Source of the DNA: an uncultured Acidobacteriota bacterium
Lineage (GTDB): Bacteria; Acidobacteriota; Blastocatellia; RBC074
DNA length: 64,000 bases
Direction: 5' to 3'
Assembly (NCBI GenBank): GCA_963794955.1
Contig: CAWCGF010000014.1
Location: 11,201 to 75,200 of the forward strand
A program made the translations under genes and the position numbers. This document shows positions 22,889 through 33,468 of this stretch, piece by piece (within the stretch, counting starts at the first letter, position 1; every line of letters starts with the position of its first letter). A model generated the notes under the pieces. That model saw nothing but the letters and a program-made list of their open reading frames with translations. It was not told the DNA's origin and ran no database searches.

Positions 22889-22921
22889 CTTGCTTCAGAA
22901 AGTCTGCCCTAACAACTTGCT

Positions 22922-23899
22922 ATGAGCCTTGGCGTAATTTTATTTAATCTCGGCGGGCCGGAAACGTTAGCTGACGTACGACCGTTTCTCTACAACCTCT
23001 TTTCCGATCCCGAAATCATTCGCCTGCCGATTCGCGCGTTGCAGAAGCCGTTGGCGTGGTTTATTTCAACGACGCGCACCAAAAAGTCTTCAGACTATTA
23101 CGGGCAAATCGGAGGCGGTTCGCCGCTGCGCCGCATCACGGATGAACAGGCCAAAGCGTTGCAGACCGAATTGCAAGCGCGTGGCATTCCAGCCAAAGTC
23201 TATGTCGGCATGCGCTACTGGCATCCTTTCACGAGCGAAGCGCTTGACCAAATCGAACGCGATGGCATTACTGAATTAGTCGTGCTGCCGTTGTATCCGC
23301 AATTTTCCGTTTCGAGTTCCGGTTCCAGCCTCAAGGATTTCATCGCGCAAGTACAGCAGCGGGGCGGGCTGCGTCATATTCGCCGCCGCTACATCACACA
23401 CTGGTATCGCAACGACGCCTACATCAACACGTTTGCCGAGCAGATCAAAGAAGCCGTCGCAAATTTTCCCGACCCCAATCCGAGCAAAATTCATCTGTTG
23501 TTCAGCGCGCACAGCATCCCGGAAAGCTACGTCGAGCGCGGCGATCCGTATTTGCGGCAGACCGAAGAAACGGTGCAACTTATTGCCGCCAAACTCAACA
23601 ATATCTTCCCTGCGCATCTGAGCTTTCAAAGCAAAGTCGGCCCCGTGAAATGGTTGCGCCCCTCGACAGAAGAAAAGATTCGGTCTTTGCATGCCGCCGG
23701 AGTCGAACAGCTATTGATGATTCCTATCAGTTTTGTCTCGGAGCATATTGAGACGCTGTACGAATTGGATATTCAATACAAAGTCGTCGCGGATGAAATT
23801 GGCCTCAAAGCCTATCGCCGCCTGCCAGCGTTCAATACGGATAAGAGATTTATTAGCGCTTTGGCGGATTTGGTAGCGGAGAAAGTAGGGACGCGATGA
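22922..23899 (+). CDS. hemH: Ferrochelatase
   Basis: NLGGP, GGGSPL, LPLYPQFS, FSAHSIP, FVSEHIETLYELD. Confidence 0.96.
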   Translation: MSLGVILFNLGGPETLADVRPFLYNLFSDPEIIRLPIRALQKPLAWFISTTRTKKSSDYYGQIGGGSPLRRITDEQAKALQTELQARGIPAKVYVGMRYWHPFTSEALDQIERDGITELVVLPLYPQFSVSSSGSSLKDFIAQVQQRGGLRHIRRRYITHWYRNDAYINTFAEQIKEAVANFPDPNPSKIHLLFSAHSIPESYVERGDPYLRQTEETVQLIAAKLNNIFPAHLSFQSKVGPVKWLRPSTEEKIRSLHAAGVEQLLMIPISFVSEHIETLYELDIQYKVVADEIGLKAYRRLPAFNTDKRFISALADLVAEKVGTR

Positions 23900-24531
23900 G
23901 GAAAAAGATTTTGATTTCGCTGGTAATTTTGGTCGTGCTGGGCGGCGCGATTATGACTGGAACTATTTTATATGGGTTTCGGGTGATGAGCCTGTCCGCC
24001 GCATCAATGGCCAATACAATCCTCGCTGGCGAAAAAGTTGCCGTCACGAAATTTTATGGAGAAATCAAACGCGGCGACCTTATTGTGTTCAAATGGCCGA
24101 AGAACCCCGAAATCCTGTATCTGAAACGTATAATCGGCTTGCCTGGCGAAACCATTGAAGTTCGTGGCAAACAAGTTTTCATCAATGGTCAGGAACTATC
24201 TGAAAAAAGAGTCAAAGTTGATCTGACCGCAGACGATCCCAATGCTAACAAGCCATTACAGGAACTCGCCGAAGAAGGAGCGGGAGAGTATCGTGTGTTT
24301 TACGATAAAGTTAACTGGGAGGGGGGAGACACTGACGATCACGGCATGAGATTTGCCGCGAAGTCTCCATTTCAAATCCCACCAGGGCAGTATTTTATGC
24401 TGGGAGATTCGCGCGACAACAGCATGGACAGTCGTTTTTGGGGGACAGTATCCCGCGATGCCATCGTCAGCAAAGCCTACATGATCTTCAGTTCCCCTCA
24501 TCCTGAAAGAACCTTTATACAACTGAAATAA
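23896..24531 (+). CDS. lepB: Signal peptidase I
   Basis: SM.NT catalytic Ser, YLKRIIGLPG, GDSRDNSMDSR. Confidence 0.93.
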   Translation: MRKKILISLVILVVLGGAIMTGTILYGFRVMSLSAASMANTILAGEKVAVTKFYGEIKRGDLIVFKWPKNPEILYLKRIIGLPGETIEVRGKQVFINGQELSEKRVKVDLTADDPNANKPLQELAEEGAGEYRVFYDKVNWEGGDTDDHGMRFAAKSPFQIPPGQYFMLGDSRDNSMDSRFWGTVSRDAIVSKAYMIFSSPHPERTFIQLK

Positions 24532-24534
24532 CGA

Positions 24535-25914
24535 ATGACCTTCGATTCCATCATCATCGGCGCAGGCATTTCCGGCCTGAGCGTCGCTCACTACTTAAAT
24601 AAAGCCGGGCGAAAGGTGTTGCTGCTGGAAGCCAGTGATCGTGTTGGCGGCGTGATTCAATCGCTTGATGCCGATGGCTTTTTGCTTGAACGCGGCCCCA
24701 ACAGTTTGCGCGGCACGCACGAGTTGCTTGAACTGGTGGATGATTTGAATCTACATACCGAACTGGTCACGGCTGATCCCAAAGCTCCGGCATACGTTTA
24801 TTTTCGCCAAGCTCTCCATCCTGTACCGATGTCACCGCCAGCATTGCTCAAGACACAGTTGCTTTCCACCAAAGCAAAACTGCGCTTGCTCTCTGAGCCA
24901 TTCATTGGCGCGCGGCGAGCAATGAGCGAAGAAAGCTTAGATTCCTTTGTGCGCCGCCGCTTAGGCGATGAAATCCAGGAGCGTCTTGTCGCGCCATTTG
25001 TGTCCGGCGTTTACGCAGGCGATCCCAAACAACTCAGTGTCCAAGCCAGCTTTGCAAAACTGGCAGAATTTGAAGCGCAGTCCGGCAGCATTTTGAAAGG
25101 CGCTATCAAGGCCGCGCGCACAGCCCGAAAAAATTCGGATAAGCCACAACGATCACTGCGCCCGTATCGCCTGTGCTCCTTTCGCCACGGACTGGAAACC
25201 TTGCCGCAAGTGATGGCCAAATCGTTAGGCAAGAGCGTGCGAACGGGAGCAACCATTCTCAAGCTAGCGCAAATTTCAGCTTCCAAATTTCAGATTTCCT
25301 TCGAGCAGCAGCGCGAAACTGAAACCATCGAAGCGCGTTCGCTCCTCGTTGCCACACCCGCTTCGGTTGCCGCGCAATTACTCGGTGATTTGGCACCGGA
25401 ACTGGCTTCCCTGCTCACCGAAATCCCGTACACCAAACTCTGCGCGGTTCCGCTCGCGTATCGCACGGAGCAGCTTGCGCGGCCCTTGGATGGCTTTGGC
25501 TTTCTCGCGCCGCGCGATCAGGGGTTGCGCATTTTGGGTAGCATTTGGAATTCGTCGTTGTTCACAAATCGCGCGCCGGAAGGCTGGGTTATGCTGAACA
25601 ATTTCATCGGCGGCGAAACAGATCAAGCGGCGTTTGACTTGAGCGATGACGAATTGCTCGCTATCGTGCATCGTGATCTACAAACCGTGCTGGGCATCAC
25701 AGGCGAGCCGAGACGATTGCCCATCACACGCTGGCAACGCGCAATCCCGCAATACAATCTCGGTCATGCGGCCCGTGTTGCGGCTATTGAAGCAGCGTTG
25801 TCGCAACAGCCCGGCTTGTGGCTGGTGGGCAATTATTTGCGCGGCGTAGCCATCGGAGATTGCCTCAAACGGGGAAAAGAACTGGCGAGCGAGGTAATAA
25901 AATGGTCAGCTTAA
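24535..25914 (+). CDS. hemY: HemY-type proto/coproporphyrinogen oxidase
   Basis: GAGISGL, ERGPNS, GVYAGD, GFGFL, AIPQY. Confidence 0.92.
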   Translation: MTFDSIIIGAGISGLSVAHYLNKAGRKVLLLEASDRVGGVIQSLDADGFLLERGPNSLRGTHELLELVDDLNLHTELVTADPKAPAYVYFRQALHPVPMSPPALLKTQLLSTKAKLRLLSEPFIGARRAMSEESLDSFVRRRLGDEIQERLVAPFVSGVYAGDPKQLSVQASFAKLAEFEAQSGSILKGAIKAARTARKNSDKPQRSLRPYRLCSFRHGLETLPQVMAKSLGKSVRTGATILKLAQISASKFQISFEQQRETETIEARSLLVATPASVAAQLLGDLAPELASLLTEIPYTKLCAVPLAYRTEQLARPLDGFGFLAPRDQGLRILGSIWNSSLFTNRAPEGWVMLNNFIGGETDQAAFDLSDDELLAIVHRDLQTVLGITGEPRRLPITRWQRAIPQYNLGHAARVAAIEAALSQQPGLWLVGNYLRGVAIGDCLKRGKELASEVIKWSA

Positions 25915-26465
25915 CTCCTAAATTTCTTTTGCTTGCGCTGGCATTCAGCAACGCATTGCTGCCCAGCGATTCTTCGATGAACCCTAATCTTGAGGTAGCG
26001 GCAGCATACCGGATTGTTGTCAAAAAATCCGCGCGCAAACTGTATCTCTACAACCACCAAGCAAGGCTGCTGAAGACTTACAAGATCGCGCTCGGCTTTG
26101 CCCCCGTCGGTGCCAAGCAAAAGCAGGGCGACGGCGCGACGCCCGAAGGCGAGTATTACCTTACGCACAAAAACCCGCAGAGCAATTATTATCTGTCGCT
26201 TGGCGTAAGCTATCCCAATAGCAAAGACGCGGCGTCCGGCTTACAACGCAAATTGATTTCGCAGGCGCAACACGACGCGATTGTGACTGCTATCAAAGCC
26301 CAGGCCAAACCGTTGCAAACCACCAAACTCGGCGGCGACATCTTCATTCACGGTGGCGGCGTAAACTCCGATTGGACGCTGGGCTGTATCGCGCTCGAAA
26401 ACAAAGACATCAAAGAATTGTTTGCGTTGCTGCCCGTGAAAACGCCCATCAAAATCGAACCTTAA
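25902..26465 (+). CDS. L,D-transpeptidase family protein
   Basis: GDGATPEGEY, IFIHGG...WTLGCIAL. Confidence 0.9.
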   Translation: MVSLTPKFLLLALAFSNALLPSDSSMNPNLEVAAAYRIVVKKSARKLYLYNHQARLLKTYKIALGFAPVGAKQKQGDGATPEGEYYLTHKNPQSNYYLSLGVSYPNSKDAASGLQRKLISQAQHDAIVTAIKAQAKPLQTTKLGGDIFIHGGGVNSDWTLGCIALENKDIKELFALLPVKTPIKIEP

Positions 26466-26467
26466 GG

Positions 26468-26519
26468 CAGGTGTCGGGTGTCAGGTTTCAGAAGACCTGA
26501 CACTCGACACCTGACACCT
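26468..26519. repeat. Inverted heptamer array (CAGGTGT / GACACCT)
   Basis: caggtgt cgggtgt caggttt cag ... ctgacac tcgacac ctgacac ct. Confidence 0.85.
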
Positions 26520-26523
26520 ACTT

Positions 26524-27825
26524 ATGAAAACACTTTATCTGGACTGCTTCGCTGGCATCAGCGGCGATATGACAATTGGAGCCTTGTTGGATTTGGGATT
26601 GGATTTTGACTATCTCAAAACTGAATTGGCCAAACTCGGTGTCTCAGGCTATGAACTCAGCCTCACACGGGTGGATCGTAGCGGCATCAATGCAGCCAAG
26701 TTCGATGTCGAGGTAGCGCAAACTGACAGTTTGCGTGTTGCTCATACACACGAACATCATCATCACGCACACGAGCATCATCACCATCATCATTCCCACG
26801 AGCCTTCGCCGCAAGCAGCATCGCAAACTGACAGTTCGCACAACCATGACCACGATCATCGTTCGCTGGCCACAATCAAACATCTGATCGAAGCCTCGGC
26901 GCTCAGCGTCCAGGTCAAACGAAATACTACGGCAATCTTCCAGCGCATCGGAGAAGCCGAAGCCAGGATTCACGGCATGGACATTGAATCCGTCCACTTC
27001 CACGAAGTCGGCGCGATTGATTCGATTGTAGACATCGTCGGCGCGTGTATCGGCTTGGAGGCGCTGGGGGTTGAGCAAATCATTTCCTCGCCTTTGCACG
27101 TCGGCTACGGCACATTCACTTGCGCGCACGGCACCTATCCGATTCCCGGCCCGGCAGCCGCCGAGATTTTGCGCGGCGTTCCCGTTTATGCCAAAGACAT
27201 TGAAGGCGAATTAGTCACGCCCACAGGCGCGGCGATTGTGGCGACGTTGGCAAAAGGGTTTTCCAATCTCCCGGCGATGCGTATCGAAAAAGTCGGCTAC
27301 GGCGCAGGCACCCGCACGTACGAAAAGTTTCCGAACGTGTTGCGCGCAGTGATTGGAGAGTTGGAAGTTGCAGACGCCACCCCAGATACCATCAGCGTCA
27401 TTGAAGCCAATCTGGACGATTTAAGCCCCCAAATCTTCGGGCATTTGATGGAACTAGCGTTGACCGCAGGCGCGCTTGACCTGTTCTACACGCCCGTGCA
27501 AATGAAGAAAAATCGCCCCGGCGTGTTATTGACCTTGCTCTGTGCGACCACAGACCGTGAACGGATGACGGAGTTGATCTTCCGCGAAACTACGACACTG
27601 GGCATTCGCTATCGGGAGGAAAGGCGGGTGATATTGCGGCGCGAATTTGTGACGGTCGAAACGGCTTTCGGCGCTATTAAGATCAAAGTCGCGCGAAACC
27701 AAGCGGGCGAAATCATGAATGCCGCACCCGAATTTGAAGATTGCCACACGGCGGCGATGCAGCAGCAAGTGGCGGTGCGCGACGTGCAATTAGCCGCCAT
27801 GAATTCGTACTCATTGCTTCCATAG
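26524..27825 (+). CDS. larC: Nickel pincer cofactor nickel insertase LarC
   Basis: YLDCFAGISGDM, His-rich linker, VHFHEVGAIDSIVD, TPTGAA, MKKNRPG, PEFED. Confidence 0.95.
   Translation: MKTLYLDCFAGISGDMTIGALLDLGLDFDYLKTELAKLGVSGYELSLTRVDRSGINAAKFDVEVAQTDSLRVAHTHEHHHHAHEHHHHHHSHEPSPQAASQTDSSHNHDHDHRSLATIKHLIEASALSVQVKRNTTAIFQRIGEAEARIHGMDIESVHFHEVGAIDSIVDIVGACIGLEALGVEQIISSPLHVGYGTFTCAHGTYPIPGPAAAEILRGVPVYAKDIEGELVTPTGAAIVATLAKGFSNLPAMRIEKVGYGAGTRTYEKFPNVLRAVIGELEVADATPDTISVIEANLDDLSPQIFGHLMELALTAGALDLFYTPVQMKKNRPGVLLTLLCATTDRERMTELIFRETTTLGIRYREERRVILRREFVTVETAFGAIKIKVARNQAGEIMNAAPEFEDCHTAAMQQQVAVRDVQLAAMNSYSLLP
26713..26844. repeat. REP pair inside larC
   Basis: gtagcgcaaactgacagtttgcg (26713-26735) and inverted cgcaaactgacagttcgcacaac (26822-26844). 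Confidence 0.75.
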
Positions 27826-27858
27826 AGTTAACTGAAAAGTTAACCCTACCTTTAAATC

Positions 27859-29277
27859 TTATGGCGCAGACGCTGGTTTCACTCGTATATCAGTAATTCT
27901 GTGAGGAGCTTGCGCTTCCACGCCGATTGAAAACATGACCCACTCTCCGTCTTGTTTCCGTTGCGCCAGCGCTTCGATTTCCATTTCGGTAGAATGCTTG
28001 ACGCTGTGCAATTTCAAACCGCCGCTCTGGTTGAAAAATCCCATATCCTGCTCTGCATTCTCTGGACTGCCCGCATGTTCCTGATGAAACTTGCGCATCG
28101 CTTCCAGCTTGCCGCTATTAAAAGCCAGGAGGAAAGCGCCTAACGTTTTGCCAGCAGCAGTCTGGGGCAACTCGATTTCGAGCTTAGCAGCAGGCGCGGT
28201 TTGCGGCGCAACGGGCGGCGTTTTCAAGGCCTCGAGTTCTCGTTGCACGGCTTCACTCAAAGTCTTTAATTGCGCCACCAAACGTGCATCGGTGGTGCGC
28301 GGTAACACAGCTTTGAGCGCCGCCAGATGCGCGGTGTTGAGGGCTTGAGCGGCAGGAACGGCAACATCCGGCTGCACACCGACCCCTTCCCAATTGGTCT
28401 TGGTGATGGGATTGATCGCACGGGCAAACGGGACGCCGATGACGAAGTCTTCACTCAACCGATGCGGGCGGACAGGATGCGCGCCGCCCCCGGTTACTTC
28501 TCCGATAATGGTGGCGCGTTTGAGATTTTTGAGGTTATATGAAAACTCCTCGGCACCGGAAAATGTGGAGTGACTCGTCAGCACGAAAACAGGTTTCTCG
28601 CCGCCAAACTTTTTCCCTGGAACAGTTTCTTTCGTCCAAAATTCTTCGGTGCGATTCGCAGGCCGGTCGTAGAGATCGTTGAGGTGCGTTTTCTGATCGA
28701 ACAAATAACTGGAAACAAATGCTACCATTGCTGGATCGCCACCGCCGTTTTGCCGCATATCAATAATCAGCGCATCGGTGTTGGCTAAAAAGCTCATTGC
28801 GGCAGCGGCAGTTTCGCCCGCCAATTCCGGGTCTTCAAACCCACGAAAATCTAAATAGCCAATGTTACCGCCGAGTCGTTCGACTTTTTCAAACCCGAAG
28901 TTTCGTTTGCTGGCAAGCAGGCGGTATTGTTCCCGGTCTCCAACACCGCGCGCCTGAATCGCACCGCCGCCGGTAAAGCGAATGCCTAGATGTTTGTCCT
29001 TGCTGACCGCGCGCAAATGATTGGTGAGGGTCGTGGCAAAGGCGCTCGCACTGGTGATTTGCTCATATTCTTGGCGCGCCATCCGGTCGCGCAAGGCACT
29101 TTCCATTTGTTTGGCAACTTCGGGAAACACGTAATTTTCATGCAGCTTCTTGATGACTCCCTCGATAATCTCCTGCCGCGTTTTAGCATTGATCGTTTTG
29201 TCGGCAGCCGGATTATTACCTTGGGCAAAGGCCGTGAGCGCCAATATAAGGCTCAGAAAAATGGATAAGATTCGCAT
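27859..29277 (-). CDS. S41 family peptidase
   Basis: Signal peptide, IIDMRQNGGG, TFSGAEEF, GEVTGGG, WEGVGVQPD. Confidence 0.92.
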   Translation of the reverse strand: MRILSIFLSLILALTAFAQGNNPAADKTINAKTRQEIIEGVIKKLHENYVFPEVAKQMESALRDRMARQEYEQITSASAFATTLTNHLRAVSKDKHLGIRFTGGGAIQARGVGDREQYRLLASKRNFGFEKVERLGGNIGYLDFRGFEDPELAGETAAAAMSFLANTDALIIDMRQNGGGDPAMVAFVSSYLFDQKTHLNDLYDRPANRTEEFWTKETVPGKKFGGEKPVFVLTSHSTFSGAEEFSYNLKNLKRATIIGEVTGGGAHPVRPHRLSEDFVIGVPFARAINPITKTNWEGVGVQPDVAVPAAQALNTAHLAALKAVLPRTTDARLVAQLKTLSEAVQRELEALKTPPVAPQTAPAAKLEIELPQTAAGKTLGAFLLAFNSGKLEAMRKFHQEHAGSPENAEQDMGFFNQSGGLKLHSVKHSTEMEIEALAQRKQDGEWVMFSIGVEAQAPHRITDIRVKPASAP

Positions 29278-29516
29278 TCAATTTCTCCTTGAGATTTACA
29301 CGATGAGACTCTCCTAACATTACTATTCTGACGGCAGAGAGTTCCATCTTTCTTTCTGGTAGGCCAATCGCATTGAATAGCAGGGCGCGCGCCGCACCCG
29401 CTATTTATCGCCTGATTGCTCATTCCATAATCTAACCTTTCATCCGATAGCACAGGCCAACCGCACGAGTAATCTGTATAGTTTCAGGCGAACCGATTTG
29501 GTTTTGAATGCAGTAC

Positions 29517-29575
29517 GGGGAGCATGAACGACTTGAGCTTTCCCTATGGAGAAGCTCAGGTTACTCACGCTCCCC
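29517..29575 (-). terminator. Hairpin downstream of the TonB-type receptor gene
   Basis: ggggagc..tgagctt..aagctca..gctcccc. Confidence 0.5.
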
Positions 29576-29592
29576 ATATTGCATCTTGCACT

Positions 29593-32235
29593 TCAGAAGC
29601 TAAACCGCATCCCCGTTTCCACTCGTCTTCCTGGCATCGCAGCAATCGCTTGCCCGAAGAAAGGCGACGTTTGTACCCCAATAAAATTCGTGCGATTCAC
29701 GTGATTGATGGCATTCGCTACCTGCACATACAACTCTGTCCGATAGCGTTTGTTCGCTAAACTCATCCCTGCACCCGGCATCGCGCCCGGCATATCGCCA
29801 CCATCGCCACCCGCTCGGACGATCCGCATCTGCACTTGTCCACCGCCCTGTTCATTCACTTTGCCGAAGCCGAAGGCCCAGCTTAAGCGCGTCCCCAGAT
29901 TTAATTGCCCTGCGCCACGGGCAGTGTTACGCCGCAAGCCGGTCGGACGGTCATTGATGATGGCATCGCCATTGTTATCAAAGCCGGTCGTGATGTTGTA
30001 CGGCATCGCTGACAGGTAATTGAAGGTCGTTCCCATGCGCAGCTTTTTGAAGAGCGGATAACTCGCCATGCCGAAAACCATGTGCCGAATATCATTCATC
30101 GCCGGGCCACGTTCACCCCGCAAATCATAGCTATTCACTGGCAAGCTAAAGGCGCTGTCGGCTTCGTTCGTCACTTTCGACAACCGATAATTCATCCCGG
30201 CGTGAATGCCTTTTGGCAAACTATTCCAATTTACATTGAACATCAGCGTATGCGCGAATGAATTGGCGATGGAAGCGACTTGGGTAATATTGCCCTGCGT
30301 CGGAAACGGACGACCGAGTCCCGGCAACGGCTGATTGAGGTTGATGCCACGCAACTGATGCAAGCCACGCGTAAACGAATAGGTCGTCATGAAACGAATG
30401 CTGTGCGGCAATTCGCGTTCGACTCCCAGGGACGATTGCACGATGTACGGCATTTGCAGGTTCGCTTGTTGCTGAATCACACTGGGGGGCAGCGTAGAAG
30501 CGGTGCCGCCCGAAAACGGATCAGGATAGCCAGGATTGCGCACGATCAAGTCAGTTTGGTTTTGACCATTAACACGCAAAATCTGTTCGAGCGTGGCATT
30601 GCCAAACCAATCATAAAAAATCCCGCCGCCGCCGCGAATCGTGGTCTTACCGTTTTTGAAGGGCGACCAGGCAAAACCGGCGCGCGGAGCAAAATTGCTT
30701 TTGTCGCTTAGATTCGTTTGCAGTTCGTGCCGCAGCCCAAAGCTCAAAGTAAAGCTTTTATGTAAGCGCCAATCGTCCTGCAAATACCAGCCGAGTTGAT
30801 ACTGATCGAAGGAGACGGCAGGCGCGCCGCTACGACGTGAATATTGCAACGGGCGATTCGCCTGAAAGTCGGCGAGGCTGGCAAACGTGAACGTGCCGTT
30901 GGTATTGCGCAATTCGCTGCTGCTGTAACTTCCGGCTTCCAACAGCACGCCGGTTCGCACTAAGTGCTTCTTGAAAAAGGAAAGATCAAGATTGTCCGTG
31001 AGTTCGATTTGGCGCGTGTTGCGATCACTCGTCACCTGCGCGCCGCCGCGCGTGAAAGCGTCCAGCACCATCAGCGTTGGCGCGTTCGACAATGAACGGA
31101 TGCCAACCTCGCGCCACGTTGTTTGCAAGCGCAGTTCATTGAACATCTTCTTGCCCACTGCGCCCGAATCCGAGAGCCGGAAGAGATGTTCCGTAGAATC
31201 GGTCGTGAACGCGCGATCTGCTAAATCAAAGTTGCCAACGCCGAGGTTTTCCTGCCGATTCGCATTGCGCTGATATTCGCCGCGCAGCGTATGTGTTTTG
31301 GTGAGCGCGTGTTCGATGCGCGTTTGCAGATTCAAACGACGCGAAGGACGACGAATCAAATCGGCAAAATTGCCCGCGGGCAAAGCCGCAAAAATCGTTT
31401 TTGTGTCGTATGAATTCATGCCATCTACGGAACCTGAGATGCCGGTGTGATTCTTCCAAAGCGGGCCGCTGAAATCCATACCGTAGCGACGATCCTGCTC
31501 GGCTCCGCGATATGGAGCAAACGCATTGCGGGCATTCAACGACTCATCACGAAAGCCAAAATTCATGCTCCCGTGCCATCCGCTAATGCCGGGCTTGGTG
31601 AAGATGTCTACGCTGATAAACCCCGCCTCGTGATTTTCTGCTGCCCATTGATTTGTCCGAAAGCGAATCTCGCGGATTTGCGATTTGGGCGGAAATTTGC
31701 CACCGCCAAAACCATTCACACGAAAGCGCGCCCCCGGTCCCGCCATATTGCGAATCACTTCTTCAAACTCATCGGGATCATCAGGCAACATCGCTAACTG
31801 CGCTTCGGTTAAGACGGAAGAAAAGCCATCTCCGCGTGGATCGGTGTTAGCCTCCTGCTTGTCCTGCTTGACTTGCACTTCATCTTTGACATTGGCAATG
31901 GGCAAGGTAACGAAAAGAGTATTCGCGCCCGGCTTAAGAACGACGGCTTCAAGCAGTTGCGCTTCAAAACCATCCGCGCTGACCTGGACCCGATAGCTAC
32001 CCATGGCAAGGCGGGTGAGGCGAGCTTCACCGCCACGATTCGTCTCGGCAGTTTTCGCTTTGCTGCCGGTCGCTGCTACTTGCACGAACGCATTGCGAAT
32101 CGCCGCGCCGCGCGGATCAAGCACGGTGACGGTGAGCGAGGCGTCTGTGGGAGGCGGGCTTTGCGCAGAAGCAAGGCAGAGCGTTAAGACACACCACCAG
32201 CACACCAGCACAAATTGTCGTTTGTAGGGTTTCAT
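29593..32235 (-). CDS. TonB-dependent-type outer-membrane receptor with carboxypeptidase regulatory-like N-domain (start uncertain, up to 32307)
   Basis: V.DPRGAAI N-domain, [23 protein letters not shown]-terminal RFSF. Confidence 0.85.
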   Translation of the reverse strand: MKPYKRQFVLVCWWCVLTLCLASAQSPPPTDASLTVTVLDPRGAAIRNAFVQVAATGSKAKTAETNRGGEARLTRLAMGSYRVQVSADGFEAQLLEAVVLKPGANTLFVTLPIANVKDEVQVKQDKQEANTDPRGDGFSSVLTEAQLAMLPDDPDEFEEVIRNMAGPGARFRVNGFGGGKFPPKSQIREIRFRTNQWAAENHEAGFISVDIFTKPGISGWHGSMNFGFRDESLNARNAFAPYRGAEQDRRYGMDFSGPLWKNHTGISGSVDGMNSYDTKTIFAALPAGNFADLIRRPSRRLNLQTRIEHALTKTHTLRGEYQRNANRQENLGVGNFDLADRAFTTDSTEHLFRLSDSGAVGKKMFNELRLQTTWREVGIRSLSNAPTLMVLDAFTRGGAQVTSDRNTRQIELTDNLDLSFFKKHLVRTGVLLEAGSYSSSELRNTNGTFTFASLADFQANRPLQYSRRSGAPAVSFDQYQLGWYLQDDWRLHKSFTLSFGLRHELQTNLSDKSNFAPRAGFAWSPFKNGKTTIRGGGGIFYDWFGNATLEQILRVNGQNQTDLIVRNPGYPDPFSGGTASTLPPSVIQQQANLQMPYIVQSSLGVERELPHSIRFMTTYSFTRGLHQLRGINLNQPLPGLGRPFPTQGNITQVASIANSFAHTLMFNVNWNSLPKGIHAGMNYRLSKVTNEADSAFSLPVNSYDLRGERGPAMNDIRHMVFGMASYPLFKKLRMGTTFNYLSAMPYNITTGFDNNGDAIINDRPTGLRRNTARGAGQLNLGTRLSWAFGFGKVNEQGGGQVQMRIVRAGGDGGDMPGAMPGAGMSLANKRYRTELYVQVANAINHVNRTNFIGVQTSPFFGQAIAAMPGRRVETGMRFSF

Positions 32236-32336
32236 AAAATTAAGATGGAGTTGAAGCCCGGCGGTGCCAGAGGGCTTAGACATCAAGTCAACTACGCCTT
32301 CCCTCACTGTCGGGCGTCCGCCTCGCTCCTCGCGCG

Positions 32337-33272
32337 TTACTTCTTCTCGAATTTATCGGCTTTGATCGTCGGATTGATTTTGAATTTTGTCAGTTGCCAC
32401 TCTTCCGTCATTTTTCCATCCACAGTGCGCGAGATGCGGTGCGGCAACGTGATGCCACCTTCGGCGCGATAATCTTCAAACCGCAATTGCGTTTCGACCA
32501 GCGGTTCTGCGGCGGCGGCAGCCTGCGCTCTGGCCTGCATCTCTTTGGCTTCTTTTTCCATCTCTTCAGGCGTTTTCTTCTTGTCGCCTTCGCCGTGTGA
32601 AAGCTGGCGCGTCATCATCCTCATCGCCGGAGCCTTGCGACCTTGATAGCTGAGCATTAACGGGAGATGCGTTTTTTGATCCAGGAAGAGTTGGGCGACC
32701 AGGCCAATCGCCGTGCCTTTCACGTCAATCACATCCGCCACCCCGTCGGGCGCTTCAGCTTCCCCCGCATAGCTGCAGTCAAGCTGCACAGCAGTGGGGG
32801 CCTGGGCTAAGAAGCCGAGCAGCAACCGCGTCCACTCCTGGCGAATAAAGTTTTGCTGGGCTTTTTGTTGATCGGGTGAAGCGCCCGGCCCACTCGCCGT
32901 CCGAAAAACGAGATTCCCACCGGCAGGCGCATTGTTTTGGACATCCGTCCACACGTTGTCGCCGTTCAGGACTTCAAGCCGGGTAATCTCAATGTTTGCA
33001 AGCGGACTCACCACCGAGGATTTGAAAAATTTATCCGGCAAGAGCATTGCGAGTTCCAGGTCGCCACCCGTTTCGTTCTCACCCAGCAGTTGTCGGTGCG
33101 TGCCAACAATTGCGAGCGTTTTCACCTTGTCACTGCCAAGCGCAGCGCGCGCCTGGCTCAATAATTCCTGCGCCCGCGCCGCCTTTTTGACCTCATCCTG
33201 ATTCAATAACACAGAGGGAAAGCTAAACGAAATCAAAGACGTCAATAACGAAATCAACACTATAAATCGCAT
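32337..33272 (-). CDS. Secreted hypothetical protein (possibly LolA-like fold)
   Basis: Signal peptide, [29 protein letters not shown]; upstream of the receptor. Confidence 0.6.
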   Translation of the reverse strand: MRFIVLISLLTSLISFSFPSVLLNQDEVKKAARAQELLSQARAALGSDKVKTLAIVGTHRQLLGENETGGDLELAMLLPDKFFKSSVVSPLANIEITRLEVLNGDNVWTDVQNNAPAGGNLVFRTASGPGASPDQQKAQQNFIRQEWTRLLLGFLAQAPTAVQLDCSYAGEAEAPDGVADVIDVKGTAIGLVAQLFLDQKTHLPLMLSYQGRKAPAMRMMTRQLSHGEGDKKKTPEEMEKEAKEMQARAQAAAAAEPLVETQLRFEDYRAEGGITLPHRISRTVDGKMTEEWQLTKFKINPTIKADKFEKK

Positions 33273-33362
33273 CGTTCAAGTATCTCCTTTCGCCTTTCAT
33301 TTGTGGCGAGCAAGTGCGAAAGTTCCATTTTTTGCCAAAGAATTCTTGCGTGTCTTGCGAAT

Positions 33363-33448
33363 GTACAGCAAACTTTCCCGTTTAGTTTACTGATGACCCA
33401 ATAGTCGTCCGTTTGGCAGACAGCAGCAAACAGGAGAGTTTGCTGTAC
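33363..33448. repeat. REPIN
   Basis: gtacagcaaactttcccgttt ... cagcaaacaggagagtttgctgtac. Confidence 0.85.
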
Positions 33449-33468
33449 CTTTGCTGAGGAACAAATTT

